Shown: positions 29,836 through 39,763 of the stretch, one piece after another | How the letters are laid out: every line of letters starts with the position of its first letter | How positions within the stretch are numbered: position 1 is the stretch's first letter | The notes under the pieces: generated by a model | What the model saw: the letters and a program-made list of their open reading frames with translations, nothing else | Database searches by the model: none | Told to the model about the DNA's origin: nothing | IMG/VR virus record: IMGVR_UViG_3300035698_004085 | Location: 64,001 to 128,000 of that record | Length of the DNA stretch: 64,000 bases | Direction: 5' to 3' (one strand) | Source of the DNA: a virus | Position numbers and translations under genes: made by a program

Positions 29836-30456
29836 ATGCTAGTAAAGGCACATAATTCACCTGATAAATACTTAGAAGATTTTGGCTTAGCCGAAGGTAG
29901 ACAAGTTCATTTCTACGAGAGTGGTCCTGAATATCTTGGCAAGGTGGCTATTTCGTTAGTTCATCACGTTTTAGCAATGTGGGCTGAAAAACCACTAAAA
30001 GTAAGATGCGATATAGCTGACTCAGAAGAATCAAAGAGATCAGGGCTTCAAACCTATGATTCTCTAGATGAAAATGCTGGCTTATTCTTTCCTTATATTC
30101 CTTATACTGAGGTTACCTTTCATCAAGGATCTGTCTCATACCCATTAGACATTATTTTCCTGAAGGATGAAGAGATAATCAAGATTCAGTCAGATACTAA
30201 AGTAGGATCATCTGATAGATGGTCTTGTGCTGAGGTTTCTGGAGTAATCGAGGTTAATGCAGGCTTTTGCAAAGCTAATAAGGTAGCAGTAGGTGATAGA
30301 ATCGTTTTACAAGCTGTATCTGAACAAGACATTAAAGAGGTAGAAGAAGAGAACTTTCTAATGCTGGCTTATGGATCTGAGGATTCTCATGACGCTAAGT
30401 TCTCCTATATGCCAAATTCAGTTAATCTATCTTCAGCTATAGCAGATATGCTTTAA
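29836..30456 (+). CDS. DUF192-family protein
   Basis: IADSEESKRSGLQ..GLFF..FHQGSVSYPLDIIFL..VIEVNAG..GD pattern. Confidence 0.8.
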   Translation: MLVKAHNSPDKYLEDFGLAEGRQVHFYESGPEYLGKVAISLVHHVLAMWAEKPLKVRCDIADSEESKRSGLQTYDSLDENAGLFFPYIPYTEVTFHQGSVSYPLDIIFLKDEEIIKIQSDTKVGSSDRWSCAEVSGVIEVNAGFCKANKVAVGDRIVLQAVSEQDIKEVEEENFLMLAYGSEDSHDAKFSYMPNSVNLSSAIADML

Positions 30457-30466
30457 ACCAGGAGTT

Positions 30467-30832
30467 TTGATGTTAGATATTAAATCAGACCAATTGCTCT
30501 ACCCATATCGAATCTATCTTAAGGGAGGGCATGTTATAGTAGTATGGCTTCCTTTTGAAGATTCAAAGGATTGTGGAGTTGAGCTTTTAAAAGTGAAGAA
30601 GTCTAAGACTACGGGAATGATGCTTTATGGATTTAGACAAAACCTTCAGCCTTATGACATTTTTATGGATGCTTCAGAAATAGTAGGATTTGACAGAGCG
30701 CTAACAACGGATGCTAGATCACTCGATATGAACGCTGCAAGGTTAAAGCAAGCTGCTCAGTCAAACCACGTGAATAACTCCAAAAAGGGTAAGGTAACTG
30801 TTGGACAGACAGTTAAGAAAACAAGGAATTAA
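30467..30832 (+). CDS. Hypothetical protein
   Basis: ORF with RBS AGGAG. Confidence 0.55.
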   Translation: MMLDIKSDQLLYPYRIYLKGGHVIVVWLPFEDSKDCGVELLKVKKSKTTGMMLYGFRQNLQPYDIFMDASEIVGFDRALTTDARSLDMNAARLKQAAQSNHVNNSKKGKVTVGQTVKKTRN

Positions 30833-30833
30833 T

Positions 30834-32423
30834 ATGATACCTACATTTAATGAATTAATGCAGAATGAGAAAGTTAGGAATCATCCCTTACTTGCAGGAT
30901 ATAATAACCTGCCTAACGTTAGAGAAGGTATTCTAAAGCACTCACAATCGCTTGAGGATGAGTTCTCTCAGTCTACCAACCCTTTAAAGGAAGATCCTGA
31001 GTTAGACCTTCAATCGACTATTCATGAGGCTGCTAGGTTAGTGGAGGATTCCTTAGCTCAGTTTGATTTTCCTCTTCTTCCTAAGATCTCTTATAACAAT
31101 ACAAGAGATCTCAAGTATGCTCGTCATAATGAGGCTCAAGTGTCTCAAGGGTTAGTCCTGTTCAACGTTGAAATGAAAGCTGCTTCTGGTATTAAGAAAA
31201 CAGCTCTAATTCCCGTAGCAATCTCAGGAGGAACTTTAGTTCCTCCTTCTGTCATGGAAGTTGATGGAAGCATGTATACGCTTTCTCAATCATCTGTTAA
31301 TACTATTTTAGGAAGGTTGACTTCGTATGAGTTGCCTCAGCTAAGAGAGCAGTTTGATCCTCCTATGAATAGAGATGAGCGAAGTATAGCTGTTGACATG
31401 AGGAATGAAGCAGGTTGGAAAACTAGAACTAAAAACCCTGAGCACTATATGATGCAAGAGGTTAAACAAGCTAGGCGAAGAGCGCAAATGGGGTTGGAGA
31501 GCTACCTAAGCGTTGTAGAGGACTGGGCTGCTGATCAAGGGCTGAGCATAGAAGGTACTCCTAGTTTTGCAGAAGGTGAAATGGGATTGTCGCTAAGTGA
31601 TGGTAGTAAGATAGTTGTGACTAAGGGAGATGAAGCAGGGTCTGAGGTATTATGGGTTTCGGACCTTACTAATCCGAATAATGATGACACAATAACGTTA
31701 ACTGCGCGTAATAAGAATGCTGCTGGCAAGAAAGCTGTTAAATCTACTCCAAGTGCTTATGGAATCGTTATGGAAGCAATGATAGAGGCTGAAGAGAGCG
31801 GAGAAGATACGTTCCCGCGTCCTTATCATTATGTGCTGGCTAACTACATCTTAAAGCACGTTAACACTGCGTCTAAAGACGCTTGGGAGCCTCACCTTAT
31901 TAATCAGGGATTCTGTATCAATCCTTACGGATATAATAGACATCGGTTTCATAAAGGTGGCAGAGTTAGTCAGAGTGAGATTGAAGAATATTATGAGGAT
32001 GGTGGTCCTAACAAAAAGCAGTGTAAGGGTTGTGGCAAACTGTTTGATGTTAGGGAGCTAGACGACAAAGGTAACTGCGAGGACTGTGCTCCTTCAGCTA
32101 AGAACGCTAAATATCGAAGGAGTGCTCAACATGAGAAGACGCAAGAGTTTGATAAAGAGATTGATTTTGAGTTGGACGAGGATGAAGGGATATCTGAAGC
32201 AGTTCCTGGAGGGAATAGCCGCTTTTATACGGATACAAAAACCCCAATTGAGCCAAGCGATAAGGTAAGATTTCCTCATTCTAAAGGTCCAATGCGTGGA
32301 GTAATTGTAGAAATAAGCGAAGATGAAAACACTATAATTATTGAGTCTAAGGGTGACCAATACAGGGTTGAGGTAGATAGCGTAGAGCCACTTCCCGCAA
32401 CATTCAAAAAGATGTATCGATAG
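30834..32423 (+). CDS. Modular protein with basic linkers, a zinc finger and a C-terminal SH3/KOW-like domain
   Basis: ARRRAQ and YRRSAQ linkers; CKGC..CEDC; IEPSDKVRF..RGVIVEI. Confidence 0.65.
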   Translation: MIPTFNELMQNEKVRNHPLLAGYNNLPNVREGILKHSQSLEDEFSQSTNPLKEDPELDLQSTIHEAARLVEDSLAQFDFPLLPKISYNNTRDLKYARHNEAQVSQGLVLFNVEMKAASGIKKTALIPVAISGGTLVPPSVMEVDGSMYTLSQSSVNTILGRLTSYELPQLREQFDPPMNRDERSIAVDMRNEAGWKTRTKNPEHYMMQEVKQARRRAQMGLESYLSVVEDWAADQGLSIEGTPSFAEGEMGLSLSDGSKIVVTKGDEAGSEVLWVSDLTNPNNDDTITLTARNKNAAGKKAVKSTPSAYGIVMEAMIEAEESGEDTFPRPYHYVLANYILKHVNTASKDAWEPHLINQGFCINPYGYNRHRFHKGGRVSQSEIEEYYEDGGPNKKQCKGCGKLFDVRELDDKGNCEDCAPSAKNAKYRRSAQHEKTQEFDKEIDFELDEDEGISEAVPGGNSRFYTDTKTPIEPSDKVRFPHSKGPMRGVIVEISEDENTIIIESKGDQYRVEVDSVEPLPATFKKMYR

Positions 32424-32875
32424 GAGTATTAGGATGAACCGCATTAATGGTATTTCAAATGAAGGTCTTCTAAGATTAAAAGCTCAACAAGGTTGGGAGC
32501 CTGGAGATCGGGTCGATGAATACTCAGACGAGGAGTGGGCTAGAGTGCAAAAGGGTGAGGCACCTTTTTTGAATGAAACATTAGGCTTAGCGGTAGAGGA
32601 TTTGAGCTGGAAGGTAGAGCGTCTTCCTAGTGAAGATCAGGATCTATATCAGAGTATTATGTATCGTTATGACATTAGGACCGGACCGGGTGAAACTATA
32701 TCTGGGCTTGTTGACTCTTTGCCAGAAAAAGAGAAATCACAATTCCGGCAAGATATAGCTATGGCGTTTGGCGATATAGTGCCAGATTTAAAAAATAGGT
32801 AGATAGGAGTATTAGGATGAAACGCATTAATGGTATTTCAAATGAAGGTCTTCTAAGATTAAAAGCTCAACAAGG
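32419..32875 (+). repeat. 74-bp direct repeat (32419-32492 and 32802-32875) covering RBS and leader
   Basis: GATAGGAGTATTAGGATGAA(C/A)CGCATTAATGG...CAACAAGG, one mismatch. Confidence 0.93.
32434..32802 (+). CDS. Leader-plus-cargo acidic protein
   Basis: MNRINGISNEGLLRLKAQ leader. Confidence 0.75.
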   Translation: MNRINGISNEGLLRLKAQQGWEPGDRVDEYSDEEWARVQKGEAPFLNETLGLAVEDLSWKVERLPSEDQDLYQSIMYRYDIRTGPGETISGLVDSLPEKEKSQFRQDIAMAFGDIVPDLKNR

Positions 32876-33275
32876 AGAGCTTTCAGATCCTGAAGAAGAG
32901 TCGAAGTCTATACGGCTTAGCCAGATGCTGGATTCTGAGTTAACCAAATCTACTGAAGAGCTTTATAACTCTCTTCGTGAAGCTTTTCAAGGAGTAGAGG
33001 GTGGGCGTTATTTGCAGGTTGCTGACGAGTTTGAAGCAGCTGTAGTGCAGGAGATTGAGCGTCAGTTTGAACAACTTCACGAATGGGCTGCTATTGAACT
33101 AGACGTTGATATTAACTGGAAAGACCTTCGTAGCTTATCAGAAACAGCTAAAGCTGCCTTTGATAATGCTTTTATGCAGGTATATGACTCTGGAATGACT
33201 GATAACGATTTGTATAATGTGGCTCAAGCTGCGTTTGACGAGGTTGTAAATGACCTTGAATGGTTTTTAAAGTAA
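32817..33275 (+). CDS. Leader-plus-cargo acidic protein
   Basis: MKRINGISNEGLLRLKAQ leader. Confidence 0.75.
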   Translation: MKRINGISNEGLLRLKAQQGELSDPEEESKSIRLSQMLDSELTKSTEELYNSLREAFQGVEGGRYLQVADEFEAAVVQEIERQFEQLHEWAAIELDVDINWKDLRSLSETAKAAFDNAFMQVYDSGMTDNDLYNVAQAAFDEVVNDLEWFLK

Positions 33276-34486
33276 TGAAAAAAGCTCAAGAAGATAATTT
33301 AGGATATGACCAAGAGTATACAATGCTCCTATTTGGTTATGACGTAGCTATTGTACCTTCAGATATGGGTCCTGATTATTTTTATGTAACTTTACACGAG
33401 TTAGGCGCTGAAGTTTTTGGTGAGGACATCCCAATTCCGCCAATTCAGCCAAACGAAACTAACGAAGAGAGTATTAACAACGTTGCTCAAACCGCTATTG
33501 ATATGTTTGAATCTCAACGCGGAACATTAGGTGAAGGAGCAGGAGCTATGGAAGCATCTGTAAAGAAGCTAGCATTTATGTGGCAAAGTGATATGGAATC
33601 TTTCTATATGAAATTAAAAGGCACTCCTTACGAGGAAATGGCTTACAATCTTATAGAACGATATTACGAAGTAGAAGTTGAAGAAGCTGCATATGTTGAT
33701 GCTGCGAGCGATGAGCGAGCAGAGTGTGCCAATATTGAGCATCAGCTTAAAATGCTCAATCTGCAAAGAATGCAAATGTCTAAGGCAGATACTAAAGTCA
33801 TTATTATCCAGGCAACTTATAAAGAATCTTGGATAGGTGATGCAGAAGAGATTCAGCGCTTCTTAGACAAATTCATTAGCTCACCTCTTGAAGGATCTGT
33901 CGTAAAGCTAATTAGTAGCTATCTAGACCTTAAAGAAGTTATTCGTAAACAAGAAATGGGGATAGAAGATTTCTGGGAGAGTAGATCAGACATTCGTAGC
34001 CAAATGGAAAGCTTGGAAATGGAAGCTCTTCAAGTAAATGTCGTAGAGAAGATCCCAACTAGCGGTCTAGATGCTTTCCCAGCAATGGGTGAAGAGATAG
34101 CTGAGTTAATGGACGGCGTAGCAATGGACGAACCTCTTGAGCCTATGTCAGACCTAATGCCTTTTACAGCTGGCAAAGATCCTGAAGAAGAGGATGAATT
34201 TATTCCAGTAGAAGATCGCATTGAAGAGCTTGGAGAGTTTCATAAAGGTTTAGACGTTGCTGAAGTAATTCCTCCTGAGAATAAGAGCTTTGAAATCGGT
34301 GATGAAGTAAAGCTGTCTAAAGAGTTTGAAGTCTTCAATGTAGCAGGGGCTTTAACAGTGCTTTCTAAAGGCGCTCTCGGAGTTGTTGAGAGCTTAGGAG
34401 ACGGAACAGCTGAGAACTATGTAGTAAGGTTCTTAGAAGATCAGGTATGTATACCAATTCCTTCTAAAATATTAACGAAGAAATAG
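33275..34486 (+). CDS. Acidic protein starting MKKAQ with a C-terminal SH3-like domain
   Basis: TAATG-coupled start; FEIGDEVKL..KGALGVVE..YVVRF. Confidence 0.65.
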   Translation: MKKAQEDNLGYDQEYTMLLFGYDVAIVPSDMGPDYFYVTLHELGAEVFGEDIPIPPIQPNETNEESINNVAQTAIDMFESQRGTLGEGAGAMEASVKKLAFMWQSDMESFYMKLKGTPYEEMAYNLIERYYEVEVEEAAYVDAASDERAECANIEHQLKMLNLQRMQMSKADTKVIIIQATYKESWIGDAEEIQRFLDKFISSPLEGSVVKLISSYLDLKEVIRKQEMGIEDFWESRSDIRSQMESLEMEALQVNVVEKIPTSGLDAFPAMGEEIAELMDGVAMDEPLEPMSDLMPFTAGKDPEEEDEFIPVEDRIEELGEFHKGLDVAEVIPPENKSFEIGDEVKLSKEFEVFNVAGALTVLSKGALGVVESLGDGTAENYVVRFLEDQVCIPIPSKILTKK

Positions 34487-34605
34487 CGGGTCGTACTCAA
34501 CTTATAGCTTTGGGTTACCGCACGTTATTCGGCAGACTTTGTAAGTTCTGTTATAGGAAAGTTTCGCTTAAAAACTGGCAATTAACGTAGATTGATAAGG
34601 AGACT

Positions 34606-37476
34606 ATGGAGCGTATGACAATTAAAACTCGTAAACATGACGTTGAAATTAAGAATACTGAAGGCGAGACAATATTTGAAAGGAAAGGTTTTGAGATACC
34701 TGAAGCTTGGGGGGATCGAGCTGCTTTGATAGTAGCCTCTAAGTATGCTACGAATTCCGAAACAAGTGCTATTCAAATTATTGATAGAGTGGTTAATACG
34801 ATAACTGCTTGGGGGATTGAGCATGACTATTTCTCTTCTCCCATAGATGCTTTAGGAAATGAAGAGAGCACAGACTATTACAAATTCAGTAAAAGTCTAA
34901 AAGAAATTCTGATAGATCAAAGAGCAGCCTTCAACACCCCCGTAAATATGAATCTAGGTGCTCCTGGACATGACCAACAGGCTGCTGCTTGCTTCTTAGG
35001 ACATGTTGAAGACACCATGGAAGATATTGCTCAACACGTTACCAGAGCAACTAAGGTTTTTAAATCAGGATCAGGCATTGGCTTAAACGTCTCAAACATA
35101 AGAGGCGAGGGTGAAAAACTCTCGAATAAGGGCAGTTCCAGCGGGATAATTTCCTTTATGAGAATGTGGGATAAAGCTAGTGGGACTGTAAAATCTGGTG
35201 GACGCTCAAGAAGGGCAGCAGTCCTATTAAGCATGGAGCCTAGTCACCCAGACATTCAAGAATTCATCCACTGTAAGTCTGATGAAGAGAAGAAAGCTAG
35301 AGTTTTAATTGACGCTGGAATATCTGTCGAAGAAGCATACTCGACAATCGATTTCCAGAATGCTAACCACTCCATTGCTGTCTCAGATAAGTTTATGAAA
35401 GCTGTAGAGAACAATGAAGACTGGGAACTTACTAATAGAGCTGATAAAAAGGTTGCGAAGGTTCTAAAAGCGCAAGATTTGTTTAATGAGGTATGCGAAC
35501 AAGCGTGGAATACTGGAGATCCCGGTCTTCAGTTTCTGGACAGAATTAATTATGACAATCCAGTGCAAGATACCGGAATCATTGAAGTAAGCAACCCTTG
35601 TCAACCTGCTGAAGCGACTGTATTGACTCCTATGGGGATAAAAACTTTTGCAGATATTGATGTAGGCTCAATTATTTGGTCTGGTAAAAATTGGACAAAT
35701 GTGGTTAAGAAAGTGGCGACAGGAGTTAAGCCTGTTTTTAAGTATAGGACAACGGCGGGTTATTTTTTAGGAACAGAGGATCATCAAGTTATTCAAAACG
35801 GAAAAAGGGTTAAAGCAAAAGAAGCTAAAACTATAGATATTGCCGAAGAGCCTATGAGTTTAAGTTCTTCGTCGGAAAAGACTTCTAAAATTGTAGAAAT
35901 AACCAAGATGGGAGATATGCCTGTCTGGGATATTACTGTAGAGTCTGAAGACCATACATACTGGACAGGTGGGCTACTTGTGTCTAATTGCGGGGAAATA
36001 TATGGCATACGATGGACTTCTTGTAACTTATGTTCAATTAATATCTTAAAGTATCTGAAAAAGGATAATACGTTTGATTTAGTAAAGCTTCAAGCTGATG
36101 TTAATTTATTGGTTATGGCTCAAGACATACTCATAGAAGGCGCGTATTACCCTACTGAGGACTTTAAGAGGGTTTCCCACAGTACTCGTCCTATAGGTTT
36201 AGGTCTGACGAACCTTGGGGCACTCCTGATGATCATGGGGTATCCTTACGATAGTGATGAGGCAAGAGGGCTTGCTAAAGATCTGTATGAGCAAATTAGT
36301 AAGTTTGCAGCTTTGCAGAGTATAGATCTGGCAAAGAAGTTTGGCAGCTTTTCTGAAATTGAAGTTGGTAAAAACAGGGAATATGTAGCTCAAGTAATGG
36401 GGAGAGTTACTGGAGACTTAGGCATTTATGATGCAGTTGTTCAACACGGGATAAGGAATTCTCAGGTAACTACTAGTATGCCCGCTGGCACCGTTTCGTT
36501 TATGTTAGACGCAGACTCAACAGGAACTGAGCCTTTATTCGCATTATCTTCGGTTAAGCAATTAACTGGCGGTGGTTTTATGGAGATAGTACCTGATTGT
36601 GTTCAAGAAGCGTTGGGTAGATTTGAAACTAAAACGGTTGGGTCACTAAGGGGTAAGCAAACAGATCTATCTGTATCAAGTTTATCAGAAGAGGATAAAA
36701 GGGTTTTCGCAACGGCTAATGAAATTTCAGTTGAAGGACATATTAGGATGATGGCAGCTCTTCAATCGAGAATTTCTTCTGGTATAAGCAAGACTGTTAA
36801 CTTACCTGCTTCAGCTACGGTTGAGGATGTTAAAAATGCTTATATGATGGCTTGGAAAGAAGGGTTAAAGGGGATCACAATTTATAGAGACGGTTCAAAG
36901 AGTATGCAACCATTAACTGCTAAGAAAGACGAGAAAGACACTGGAGTAAAAACGCTGGTCAAAAAGGATGGAGAGGAGAGGCGCACTATTAGACGAAGAC
37001 TACCTGATGAACGAAAGTCTATTACTCACAAATTTGATATTGGAGGTTTTGAAGGATATATAACAGCGGGTATGTACGAGGATGGGACTCCTGGAGAGTT
37101 GTTTATTAGGGCTTCTACTCTGGGGTCAGCTGCTAGCGGTTTATTAGACTCTTTTTCTATTGCTATTTCTATGGCTTTGCAGTATGGAGTTCCGCTAGAG
37201 CATTTGGTTGAGAAGCTTAAAAATGTAAGGTTTGAGCCTGCGGGGGTTACTAGAAATGCTCAATTGCCTATCGCTAAGAGCATTGTTTCTTATGTGTTTA
37301 CTTGGCTTGAGCGGAAGTTTTTAGAGGTTGAGGTAAAGCCTGACTCGATTCCTCCGATTGACTATGAAAAGGCTGAGCCTTCAGGGGATCTATGTACTAG
37401 TTGTGGCTCTTTAATGCAGCGTCTTGGGGGATGCTGGTACTGCAGCTCTTGTTCTAGTTCAACCGGTTGCTCGTAG
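34606..37476 (+). CDS. nrdJ: Class II (B12-dependent) ribonucleotide reductase with an intein and a C-terminal TSCPD-like domain
   Basis: AAFNTP, AAACF, GSGIG, KSGGRSRRAA, GDPG, NP|CGE, SCNL, RPIGLG, PAGTVSF, GISKTVN, GLKGITIYRDGSK; RRRLPDERKSITHKF. Confidence 0.93.
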   Translation: MERMTIKTRKHDVEIKNTEGETIFERKGFEIPEAWGDRAALIVASKYATNSETSAIQIIDRVVNTITAWGIEHDYFSSPIDALGNEESTDYYKFSKSLKEILIDQRAAFNTPVNMNLGAPGHDQQAAACFLGHVEDTMEDIAQHVTRATKVFKSGSGIGLNVSNIRGEGEKLSNKGSSSGIISFMRMWDKASGTVKSGGRSRRAAVLLSMEPSHPDIQEFIHCKSDEEKKARVLIDAGISVEEAYSTIDFQNANHSIAVSDKFMKAVENNEDWELTNRADKKVAKVLKAQDLFNEVCEQAWNTGDPGLQFLDRINYDNPVQDTGIIEVSNPCQPAEATVLTPMGIKTFADIDVGSIIWSGKNWTNVVKKVATGVKPVFKYRTTAGYFLGTEDHQVIQNGKRVKAKEAKTIDIAEEPMSLSSSSEKTSKIVEITKMGDMPVWDITVESEDHTYWTGGLLVSNCGEIYGIRWTSCNLCSINILKYLKKDNTFDLVKLQADVNLLVMAQDILIEGAYYPTEDFKRVSHSTRPIGLGLTNLGALLMIMGYPYDSDEARGLAKDLYEQISKFAALQSIDLAKKFGSFSEIEVGKNREYVAQVMGRVTGDLGIYDAVVQHGIRNSQVTTSMPAGTVSFMLDADSTGTEPLFALSSVKQLTGGGFMEIVPDCVQEALGRFETKTVGSLRGKQTDLSVSSLSEEDKRVFATANEISVEGHIRMMAALQSRISSGISKTVNLPASATVEDVKNAYMMAWKEGLKGITIYRDGSKSMQPLTAKKDEKDTGVKTLVKKDGEERRTIRRRLPDERKSITHKFDIGGFEGYITAGMYEDGTPGELFIRASTLGSAASGLLDSFSIAISMALQYGVPLEHLVEKLKNVRFEPAGVTRNAQLPIAKSIVSYVFTWLERKFLEVEVKPDSIPPIDYEKAEPSGDLCTSCGSLMQRLGGCWYCSSCSSSTGCS
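35599..35988 (+). mobile_element. Mini-intein (130 aa) in RNR at the thiyl-radical Cys
   Basis: Starts CQPAEATV, block B TEDH, block F VWDITVESEDHTY, ends LVSN before the +1 Cys; excision restores NPCGE. Confidence 0.9.
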
Positions 37477-37610
37477 TGAAGTCTTTAGTATTTTGTGGCT
37501 TTCTTTTGGTATCCGCATAAGAGCGTTATGGAAGCCCTATACAAAAAAGCAAGTATTCTACAGGGTCCCCTCTCCTAAATAACTTTCTTTAATTTTTCTT
37601 CATATTTTTG

Positions 37611-37639
37611 TTGACAGCCGTTCTCAGGTTTGCTAAGCT
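37611..37639 (+). promoter_or_regulatory. Sigma70-type early promoter
   Basis: TTGACA-N17-TAAGCT with extended TG. Confidence 0.85.
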
Positions 37640-37678
37640 GTATTCATGGCAAGGGAAACCACAACAAAGGAAAAGAAA

Positions 37679-37903
37679 ATGTCTAAACATTGTCACGCGC
37701 AAATAGAGTATTTGAATGAGGAAAAAGTTTCGGTAGAGTCGCTTGTAGGCTTTAACCCCTTGGCCAAGGATGACAGAGAATTTGTCCATGCCTTGTTGGA
37801 CGAGTTTCTGGATCATTTGGCAAGTCGATTTGACAATAACTCAGACGCAGGGGGTGAGCAGATCGATGCTCGATTCATCGTTTTTGACGGTTTTGAGAGT
37901 TGA
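37679..37903 (+). CDS. Hypothetical early protein
   Basis: First ORF after the promoter, RBS AAGGA. Confidence 0.55.
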   Translation: MSKHCHAQIEYLNEEKVSVESLVGFNPLAKDDREFVHALLDEFLDHLASRFDNNSDAGGEQIDARFIVFDGFES

Positions 37904-37916
37904 AAGGAAATTAAAA

Positions 37917-38192
37917 ATGACTGATTTTCATAGTAAAATGATTAATCTTGAGATACCAAAAGGTGTATTGCCGGTTTTGGATCGTGGGGCATCTTATCGA
38001 CTTGGGCACAAAGACGCAAGGCATGCAGCAGCTGAGATTGCTTTGGAGGCTGACTCGGAGATTGAGGAGCTTCGGCTGGCTCTTCTGGGTGCTGCTAGTA
38101 CTTTGGAAATCTTTGCAAAATATTCTAGGGATTCTGAAATTGATGATGTTAAAAAAGTAGTGGAGAATATTGAAAAAGTTTTGTGGAAATAA
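37917..38192 (+). CDS. Hypothetical protein
   Basis: RBS AAGGA; YRLGHKDARHAAAEIA motif. Confidence 0.55.
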   Translation: MTDFHSKMINLEIPKGVLPVLDRGASYRLGHKDARHAAAEIALEADSEIEELRLALLGAASTLEIFAKYSRDSEIDDVKKVVENIEKVLWK

Positions 38193-38792
38193 TATAGAAG
38201 GAGAAGACAAACACTAACGCAGGAACAACAAACAACGGGAGCAAGACAATGAGAAGCGTACATACCAGAATGATGAACTTTCAGTACGAGACTGGTTACG
38301 TTAAAGGGCAGGTGGACGCAAAGTGCGCAGCAGCTAAGACTTATTTGAGAGTAAATAAAGAGATCTCTTCTCTCAATTCGACGATTGAAGATCTCAAAAA
38401 GGAGCTTCACGAGGCTTATAAAGACCTTGCTGCAGCTGAGGGAGTTTAAAAATGGATGATTGTAAAATATGTGTTTATGCGGAACAGTGCGAAATCTATA
38501 ATAATTTAAAAAAGAAAAAGGACTGTATTATTCATCTTCCAGTATGGCTAGAAATAGACGGGTATATTGAGTTTGATAAGAAAGGTGTTAAAAATGAAAG
38601 ACAGGATTGAAGGGCATGGGTATAAAGCTCTTAAAAAGGCTTCGGAGATTATGGAGCATACTAAAGAGTTGAATGCTTTTAAGGTTGATACTCTGACTAA
38701 GGAGTCTAAGAGCCTTCAAGAGTACGTAGAGTATTTGGAGGATGAACTGGATAAAGCAGGAATTAATTATTACAAAAGATAGATAATAGAAC

Positions 38793-38821
38793 TTGACAAA
38801 AATGTAAAAGTGTAGTAAGTT
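38793..38821 (+). promoter_or_regulatory. Sigma70-type early promoter
   Basis: TTGACA-N17-TAAGTT. Confidence 0.75.
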
Positions 38822-38874
38822 AGTGTTTACTTGGCAGCATTGCTAATAGCTTCTAAATTTAAGGAGAGATAATT

Positions 38875-39753
38875 ATGAAGGGAATTAAAGCGGTTTATAA
38901 GATTAACCACAACACCTTTGCTTCAGGTGACGTTGGAGGTTCTACTTATACAGAGTTTAAAGTTGGTGAAACCTACGAGTTAGAAGGTCCGGTTAAGCTT
39001 TGTACTAACGGGTTTCACTTTTTCCGAGAGACAGACCTTTGTTTTGGTGTTGACTTTTACAAGCAATATACCGGGAATAGTAATAAGGAAACGGTATTGT
39101 TAGAGGTTGAAGCTCTAGGAGACATTGATAGCGATACGTATAAGGTATGTACTAACAAACTAAAAATTGTCCGATATATCCCCAAAAAAGAATGGGGGAA
39201 ACTGCTGGACAATAAACATAACTCAGGGTTTAATAACTCAGGGGATAGTAACTCAGGGTATAGAAACTCAGGGGATAGTAACTCAGGGGATAGTAACTCA
39301 GGGGATAGTAACTCAGGGGATAGTAACTCAGGATCTAGTAACTCAGGGGATAGAAACTCAGGGTCTAGAAACTCAGGGTACTATAACTCAGGATATGCTA
39401 ACTCAGGGGATTGTAACTCAGGGTCTAGAAACTCAGGGAGTTATAACTCAGGGTCTAATAACTCAGGGTCTAGAAACTCAGGGAGTTATAACTCAGGGTC
39501 TAATAACTCAGGGTATTTTAACAGTAATATTCCAACTGTTGTTAGAGTGTTCAACAAAGAGTGTGCTAGAGCTATTTGGTATCAGGCGTCTAAACCTAGT
39601 TTCTTTAATAAGTTAGACATTGTTAATAACTCTTATAAAAAAGCGTGGCAAGAGGCTTATAAGGGAGCTACTAAAGAGGATAAAGACCTTCTTCAAGCTC
39701 TTCCGAACTTTGATGCGGAAATCTTTGAAGAAATTACTGGAATTAAAATTTAA
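38875..39753 (+). CDS. NSGxx pentapeptide-repeat protein, copy 1
   Basis: LCTNGFHF N-domain, 20 NSGxx units, LPNFDAEIFEEITGI C-terminus. Confidence 0.88.
   Translation: MKGIKAVYKINHNTFASGDVGGSTYTEFKVGETYELEGPVKLCTNGFHFFRETDLCFGVDFYKQYTGNSNKETVLLEVEALGDIDSDTYKVCTNKLKIVRYIPKKEWGKLLDNKHNSGFNNSGDSNSGYRNSGDSNSGDSNSGDSNSGDSNSGSSNSGDRNSGSRNSGYYNSGYANSGDCNSGSRNSGSYNSGSNNSGSRNSGSYNSGSNNSGYFNSNIPTVVRVFNKECARAIWYQASKPSFFNKLDIVNNSYKKAWQEAYKGATKEDKDLLQALPNFDAEIFEEITGIKI
39220..39519 (+). repeat. 15-bp tandem repeat AACTCAGG(G/A)-N6, 20 units
   Basis: Directly visible. Confidence 0.95.
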
Positions 39754-39763
39754 GGAGAAAAAG

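Noticed and set aside
34487-34605. Cobalamin riboswitch or NrdR box upstream of nrdJ
   Set aside because: No B12-box core, region too short, and no convincing palindromic NrdR pair
39220-39519. CRISPR array
   Set aside because: A 9-bp constant plus 6-bp variable unit in frame within a gene; the geometry is wrong and there are no cas genes
39167-39616. Alternative-frame TQGxx-repeat ORFs (also 42355-42831)
   Set aside because: They are shadows of the 15-bp repeat, which has no stop in that frame; they lack an RBS, and the NSG frame carries the conserved flanking domains
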